Origin: Acidobacteriota bacterium
Lineage (GTDB): Bacteria; Acidobacteriota; UBA6911; JACQSX01
Direction: 5' to 3'
Assembly: GCA_036507075.1 (NCBI GenBank)
Contig: DASXQR010000077.1
Span: 1 to 11,658 of the forward strand
DNA length: 11,658 nt
The position numbers and the translations under genes were made by a program. Below are positions 7,251 through 11,658 of the stretch, in pieces. The notes under the pieces were generated by a model. It worked only from the letters and a program-made list of their open reading frames with translations, did no database searches and was not told the origin of the DNA. Within the stretch, counting starts at the first letter, position 1, and each line of letters begins with the position of its first letter.

Positions 7251-8988
7251 AACCAAACAATGTGTGAAGGCGAAACCGGAAAAGATCGCGCCCAGCCGCA
7301 AGCTGATATGCCTGCTCTTTTGCCTCGCCCTGGTGCTGCGCTTAAACGGATTGGGTCGGATAGGCCTGAGCGCGGACGAATATAACAAGCTGGAAGCGTC
7401 CAACTCGTACCGTCACGGATATTACTCTGTCAACAGCGAGCATCCGATGCTGCTGAAGCTGCTCGTCACCGGATCGGTGACGGTCTCCGAGAAATGGAAC
7501 GCCGTCGCGGCGCGGCTGCAGCCGCGGAGCGATAAGTACCAGATCTCCATTGAAGGCGCGGTGCGGTTTCCGGCGGCGGTCTTTGGAGCCGCGACCGCTG
7601 TGGCGATGGTCTATCTGGGAGCTCTGCTGGTAACTCCCGCGGTCGGTTGGTGCGCCGGTTTTTTGTGGGCCACAGATATCAACGTAATCTCGGTGAACCG
7701 TGTGGCCAAAGAGGAGACCCTCGCCGTCTTTTTCCTGGTTCTGACATTTTTCTTTTTCATGCGCGGCAAGGCACAGGCTCGGCAGGACGGTGAGGCGCGG
7801 CGCGACTATTTTCTTGGAGCTGCGTGCATCGGTCTGCTGCTCGGTTCCTGGTATCTGGTCATTGTGTTGTTCCCACTGATGCTTTACTACTCTATTTTGC
7901 AGCGACGTCCCGGCGGGTGGACGATCGAACGCATGATGGGACTGAAAATCATGATGATTGCCCTGGGGACGTTTTTAATCATCAATCCCACCGTCCTGTC
8001 TCCGGAAAACATCGCCCATATCCAGGACACCATCCTGCATCGAATCAGCAGCCACCATGGGTATTACATGATGGGAAGGGTATTCCCGAACAAGGCGTAT
8101 TACACTTTCTGGGGAGTGCCCTTCTATTTCTACTTTCTTTACCTCGGCGCCAAAGTTCCGCTGATCACGCTGGCAGCTTTTCTCATCGGATTCCTGTCGC
8201 TCGTTTTGCGCAAGGATCGCAATGACCGCCAGTTGCTGATCCTGGTCTGGTTTTTGTCATGGTCGGTGGTGCTGATGATGCCGGGGGGGAAATTCGTGCG
8301 TTACGTTCTGACGCTGATGCCGGTGTTTGTTCTGATCGTTGCCTACGGCGTGATGGCGGCATTCGCTTACCTGTACCATTCCATATTGCGGCGGCCACAC
8401 CCGCAGTATCTTTATGCGGTGCCGGTGATGACGTTGATGACGTTCAGCTATTTGTTCAATCCGCTGGCGCTCGCCTTTAGCCAGTTCCCGCACTACGGAG
8501 TGTATCTCAACGAGGTGGCGTCCGGCCTGGTTGGTTCCGGCGCGCTGTTTCCTCACTGCGAGTACTACGATGCCGGTGTGCGTGAAGCGATGGAGTATAT
8601 TTGCCGCCATGCGCCTCCTGGCGCGGTGGTTGGCTCCGAAGTGATGGAACTTTCACATTTCTACAGTTCGCGCCTGGGAAGAAAAGACCTGAAATATGTT
8701 CGCCTTTCTCAGATCTACGAAGCCCGCGTGGCGCGGCGACAGAAGATCTCCGTGGATTATTTCCTGGTTCAGGACGGGCGCAAGTATTTTGAAAACGTGC
8801 GACAATTCGAGTATCTGCAAACTTCGCGCCGGCCTGCGTATGAGTATCGTATCCACGGGGGCGCTGCCGTCAGCGTGTATAAAGGCGACCCTGAAATCAA
8901 CAGGCGCCTGTTTCTCCTCCCTTCCGCGCGCCCGCAGGACACCTGGACACTTTATGACGGGATGACCTATCAATCCCGGAAGTTCTGA
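7243..8988 (+). CDS. GT-C fold membrane glycosyltransferase (ArnT/PMT_2, GT39/GT83-like)
   Basis: N-terminal TM followed by LSADE and EHPML, then RFPAAVFG, about a dozen hydrophobic segments and RYVLTLMP. The likely start is ATG 7243 (MNETK), overlapping the permease stop. Confidence 0.8.
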   Translation: MNETKQCVKAKPEKIAPSRKLICLLFCLALVLRLNGLGRIGLSADEYNKLEASNSYRHGYYSVNSEHPMLLKLLVTGSVTVSEKWNAVAARLQPRSDKYQISIEGAVRFPAAVFGAATAVAMVYLGALLVTPAVGWCAGFLWATDINVISVNRVAKEETLAVFFLVLTFFFFMRGKAQARQDGEARRDYFLGAACIGLLLGSWYLVIVLFPLMLYYSILQRRPGGWTIERMMGLKIMMIALGTFLIINPTVLSPENIAHIQDTILHRISSHHGYYMMGRVFPNKAYYTFWGVPFYFYFLYLGAKVPLITLAAFLIGFLSLVLRKDRNDRQLLILVWFLSWSVVLMMPGGKFVRYVLTLMPVFVLIVAYGVMAAFAYLYHSILRRPHPQYLYAVPVMTLMTFSYLFNPLALAFSQFPHYGVYLNEVASGLVGSGALFPHCEYYDAGVREAMEYICRHAPPGAVVGSEVMELSHFYSSRLGRKDLKYVRLSQIYEARVARRQKISVDYFLVQDGRKYFENVRQFEYLQTSRRPAYEYRIHGGAAVSVYKGDPEINRRLFLLPSARPQDTWTLYDGMTYQSRKF

Positions 8989-9139
8989 GCACGAATTGTC
9001 CGTAGTCAGTGGTCAGTTGTCCGTGGTCAGTGGTTCGTACTTGTTGACTGAATAACTGCCTGGCATCCGATAAGCAACAACAGACCACGGACTACGGACA
9101 ACTGACCACGGACAACTGACCACGGACAATTGGTGCTCA
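8986..9139. repeat. Large hairpin built from 7-bp GTC(A/C)GT(G/T/A) tandem repeats
   Basis: The left arm TGAGCACGAATTGTCCGTAGTCAGTGGTCAGTTGTCCGTGGTCAGTGG is inverted against ...CCACGGACAACTGACCACGGACAATTGGTGCTCA; the outer 18 bp match 17/18. Confidence 0.9.
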
Positions 9140-9145
9140 ACTGCG

Positions 9146-10018
9146 ATGAAGAAACTGATCGTCAACGCGGACGACTTCGGTTTTACTTCCGGCGTCAATC
9201 GCGGCATCGTGCGGGCATTTCAAAACGGAATCGTCACCAGTTGCACGATCATGGCGTCGGGCGATGCATTTGATCATGCCGTCGAACTGGCCAGGCAGGA
9301 ACCACGGCTTCCCGTAGGCTGCCATCTGACGCTGGTGAACGCAAGGCCGGTTGCCCCGGCCGGCCAAATCGGGTCCCTGCTGAACGGCAGTAGCTCCCTG
9401 CCGGGTACGCTGGCAGAAGTTTTGCTGAGGCTGGTCTCAGGAACGGCAAAGCAGGAGCACATCGAGCGCGAATTCCGCGCGCAAATAGAAACCGTGATGT
9501 CGGCAGGCATTAACCCGACACATCTGGATACCCACAAACACCTGCACGCCCATCCCCGAATCTTCGAGGCTCTTGTGACAGTGGCGCGGGAGTTTGGAAT
9601 TTCGCGTGTGCGCAACCCTTTTGAGCAAGTGCGCCGGAACAGCCCGAGGGGAATCAGAGCGCGCCAGCAGGGGAGGGAATTCAAAAAACAGCAGGCGGCG
9701 GCCCTGGCAATGCGGATGGTCCGGCGAGCATTCCGTGGCCGGTTGCAGGCCGAAGAACTGCGCGCACCCGACTGCTGCTATGGAATTTCCCTTACCGGAA
9801 TGCTCGACAGCAGCGCCATCCAGGAGGTGGTCAGGCAGCTCGAATCCGGAGTGACAGAACTGATTTGCCATCCCGGGTTGTATGATGAGCATCTTGAGCG
9901 GGCGGTAACGCGTCTCAAGCGGGAGCGGGAAGTGGAGGTTGAGGCGCTTACCGACCCGCAGGTGCGCACGACCATTAATGACAATCAGGTTGAATTGATC
10001 AGCTACCGGGATATTTGA
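9146..10018 (+). CDS. YdjC/ChbG/HpnK-family carbohydrate deacetylase
   Basis: LIVNADDFG, GCHLTL, THLDTHKHLH and ELICHPG motifs. Confidence 0.92.
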   Translation: MKKLIVNADDFGFTSGVNRGIVRAFQNGIVTSCTIMASGDAFDHAVELARQEPRLPVGCHLTLVNARPVAPAGQIGSLLNGSSSLPGTLAEVLLRLVSGTAKQEHIEREFRAQIETVMSAGINPTHLDTHKHLHAHPRIFEALVTVAREFGISRVRNPFEQVRRNSPRGIRARQQGREFKKQQAAALAMRMVRRAFRGRLQAEELRAPDCCYGISLTGMLDSSAIQEVVRQLESGVTELICHPGLYDEHLERAVTRLKREREVEVEALTDPQVRTTINDNQVELISYRDI

Positions 10019-10019
10019 A

Positions 10020-11033
10020 ATGTTCAACGAACAGCATGAGCCGATGTACTCGGTTGTAATTCCATTTCACAACGAGCAGGAAAGTATTCGTGAATTGTAT
10101 GCCATCCTGTCTGATGTGATGGAGCGCCTGCAGCCTTGCGAGTTTGTATTCGTGGATGATCACAGCACCGACGCCACTCCGCAGTTGCTGGGGCAACTTG
10201 CAAGGGACGATTCTCGCGTGGTGATGATCCGACTGAAACGCAACTACGGTCAGACCACCGCGCTGGCGGCGGGCTTTGAGCACGCCAGGGGAGAAGTGAT
10301 CATTTCCATGGACGGCGACTTGCAGCACGATCCCCGCGACATCCCGTCTCTGCTGTCGGTTTTTGAGGAAACGGGCTGCGATATTGTGAGCGGATGGCGG
10401 AAAAACAGAGTGGATAATTTTCTGTTCCGGCGTCTACCGTCCAGAATTGCCAATTGGCTGATGTCCAAGCTGTCGGGCGTCAACATCCACGATTTCGGCA
10501 CAACCTACAAGGTTTACCGACGGGATACAATCCGTCAAATCCGACTTTATGGCGAAATGCACCGCTTCATTCCGGCGCTGGCTTCATGGAATGGGGCGAC
10601 CATCGTCGAGGCGCCAATCCGCAGCACGCACCGGCCAAACGGCCAGTCGCATTACGGCCTGTCGCGCACCATTCGCGTTCTGTTCGACATCCTGACGGTC
10701 CGGTTTTTGCTCCGATATGTCACGCGGCCGCTGCATTTCTTCGGGCCGGCGGGCCTGCTCGGCATCTCCGCGGGAATTTTCATCGCTCTCTGGCTGGTTC
10801 TGGAGAAACTGATCTATGACACGGATCTCTTTGAACAGCACGGACCGCTGATGCTCTTTGGCATTGTGTTGTTTCTAGGGGGAGTGCAACTGATCTCGTC
10901 GGGCCTGGTGGCCGAGTTGATCAGCCGCACGTACTTCGAATCTCAAGGCAAGAGCGTCTACTCGATAGAAAAGATTGTCCGCAAGCCTGGAGTATCAAAA
11001 AACATCAACCGCGGAGAGCGCCAAGAACGCTAA
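10020..11033 (+). CDS. GT2 polyprenyl-phosphate glycosyltransferase (ArnC/GtrB/DPM-like)
   Basis: SVVIPFHNE, VDDHSTD, RNYGQTTAL, MDGDLQHDP and HRFIP motifs with two C-terminal TM helices; starts 1 nt after the ydjC-like stop. Confidence 0.92.
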   Translation: MFNEQHEPMYSVVIPFHNEQESIRELYAILSDVMERLQPCEFVFVDDHSTDATPQLLGQLARDDSRVVMIRLKRNYGQTTALAAGFEHARGEVIISMDGDLQHDPRDIPSLLSVFEETGCDIVSGWRKNRVDNFLFRRLPSRIANWLMSKLSGVNIHDFGTTYKVYRRDTIRQIRLYGEMHRFIPALASWNGATIVEAPIRSTHRPNGQSHYGLSRTIRVLFDILTVRFLLRYVTRPLHFFGPAGLLGISAGIFIALWLVLEKLIYDTDLFEQHGPLMLFGIVLFLGGVQLISSGLVAELISRTYFESQGKSVYSIEKIVRKPGVSKNINRGERQER

Positions 11034-11199
11034 GACCGGTGTGGGATGGCAGCCTGAAGCTCAAAGCAGGGAGGCCAATAAGTATTGCCTGTCGCGGTTT
11101 TTTTTCGTTGGCCTCCTGCTTTGAGCTCCAGGCCGTTAACCCGCGCCATCTCAGCGTTCTTTGCGTTCTTTGCGGTGAAGTTTTTTGATACTCCAGGCT
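10984..11199 (+). repeat. 216-bp near-continuous palindrome (MITE/REPIN-like)
   Basis: Perfect 20-bp outer inverted repeat (10984-11003 / 11180-11199), then 9-mer arms, then an inner inverted repeat (11052-11078 / 11108-11133). Confidence 0.9.
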
Positions 11200-11236
11200 G
11201 GCGGTCTTTAGACCTTCGTCTTTCAGACATTCGACC

Positions 11237-11464
11237 TTAGTTTATAGAGCACATTCCTTTGCGCGGCGCGCCGCAGCCGCAAGGCCCGCTGTCTTCCAAA
11301 GTCGAGCGTTTCGTTCCCGAGGAGGATCCGATGGCAAAGCTGGACAGTTGGCGTGTCACTTTATTCGAATGGCATTGGTTGCAGTCAGTGGCTTCATCAG
11401 CGTGGCGCAACAGCTTCTCAAAGCGCGTTCCGCAGTCACTGCAGACAAATTCGAAGATCGGCAT
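11237..11464 (-). CDS. FmdB-family zinc-ribbon protein
   Basis: MPIFEFVCSDCG...CNQCHS...RQLSSF followed by a Cys-rich tail; GGAGG SD 5 nt upstream. Confidence 0.88.
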   Translation of the reverse strand: MPIFEFVCSDCGTRFEKLLRHADEATDCNQCHSNKVTRQLSSFAIGSSSGTKRSTLEDSGPCGCGAPRKGMCSIN

Positions 11465-11497
11465 AAAAACCTCCGCCTCCTAGATTAACACACTCTT

Positions 11498-11528
11498 GTC
11501 AGTAGTCCGTTGTCAGTGGTCCGTGGTC
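11498..11528. repeat. Solo arm of the 7-bp repeat family
   Basis: GTCAGTA GTCCGTT GTCAGTG GTCCGTG GTC, the same unit as at 8998-9033. Confidence 0.8.
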
Positions 11529-11530
11529 GG

Positions 11531-11658
11531 GGTACAACCTCACAACATCGTTGACACTTTAACCTCACAACATCGTTGACACAATTGAACAGGGCAGAAT
11601 GGGGTCTTTGAGGAGATCACAGGATGCCCTGGGCAGAGAGGTCGACGATGGAAGAACG
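11531..11658 (+). mobile_element. Probable left end of an IS481-family insertion sequence
   Basis: The 22-bp direct repeat AACCTCACAACATCGTTGACAC (11536-11557 and 11561-11582) precedes an SD and an ORF starting MPWAERSTMEE. Truncated by the window end. Confidence 0.6.
11624..11658 (+). CDS. N-terminus of a probable IS481-family transposase (partial)
   Basis: GAGGAG at 11610-11615 and ATG at 11624. MPWAERSTMEE(R) resembles the MPWKExSxMEER starts of IS481-type transposases; only 11 full codons are visible. Confidence 0.6.
   Translation, partial: MPWAERSTMEE

Noticed and set aside
1078..10841. Numerous antisense or alternative-frame ORFs overlapping the main genes (e.g. 2889..3689, 5218..5991, 9437..10027)
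   Set aside because: Shadow ORFs expected in GC-rich coding DNA; the overlapped genes carry clear family motifs.
11536..11582. CRISPR repeat, or a link to the 25-bp-period duplication at 178-231
   Set aside because: The gap is only 3 nt and the two duplications share no sequence similarity. It is better explained as IS subterminal repeats.

Overview
Bacterial genomic window; gene content and repeat style suggest Acidobacteriota, which is an inference. In order it contains: the 3' end of a TPR-type gene, a candidate free-standing ~247-nt structured ncRNA (421-667) with its own stable-RNA-type sigma70 promoter, a convergent 2-oxoacid:ferredoxin oxidoreductase alpha/beta pair, a small Smr-domain gene, a NupC-family nucleoside transporter, and an FtsX/MacB-type permease followed by a GT-C (ArnT-like), YdjC/HpnK deacetylase and GT2 (ArnC-like) module. 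It ends with an FmdB zinc-ribbon gene and the probable left end of an IS481-family element. Almost every intergenic gap holds a palindromic element from one of four families: 9-bp periodic AACCGCCAAG arms, 7-bp periodic GTCMGTD arms, GTAG-like REP doublets and GGGGACTGTCCCC. The strongest novelty candidates are the unrecognised ncRNA and the large hairpin elements placed at gene boundaries.
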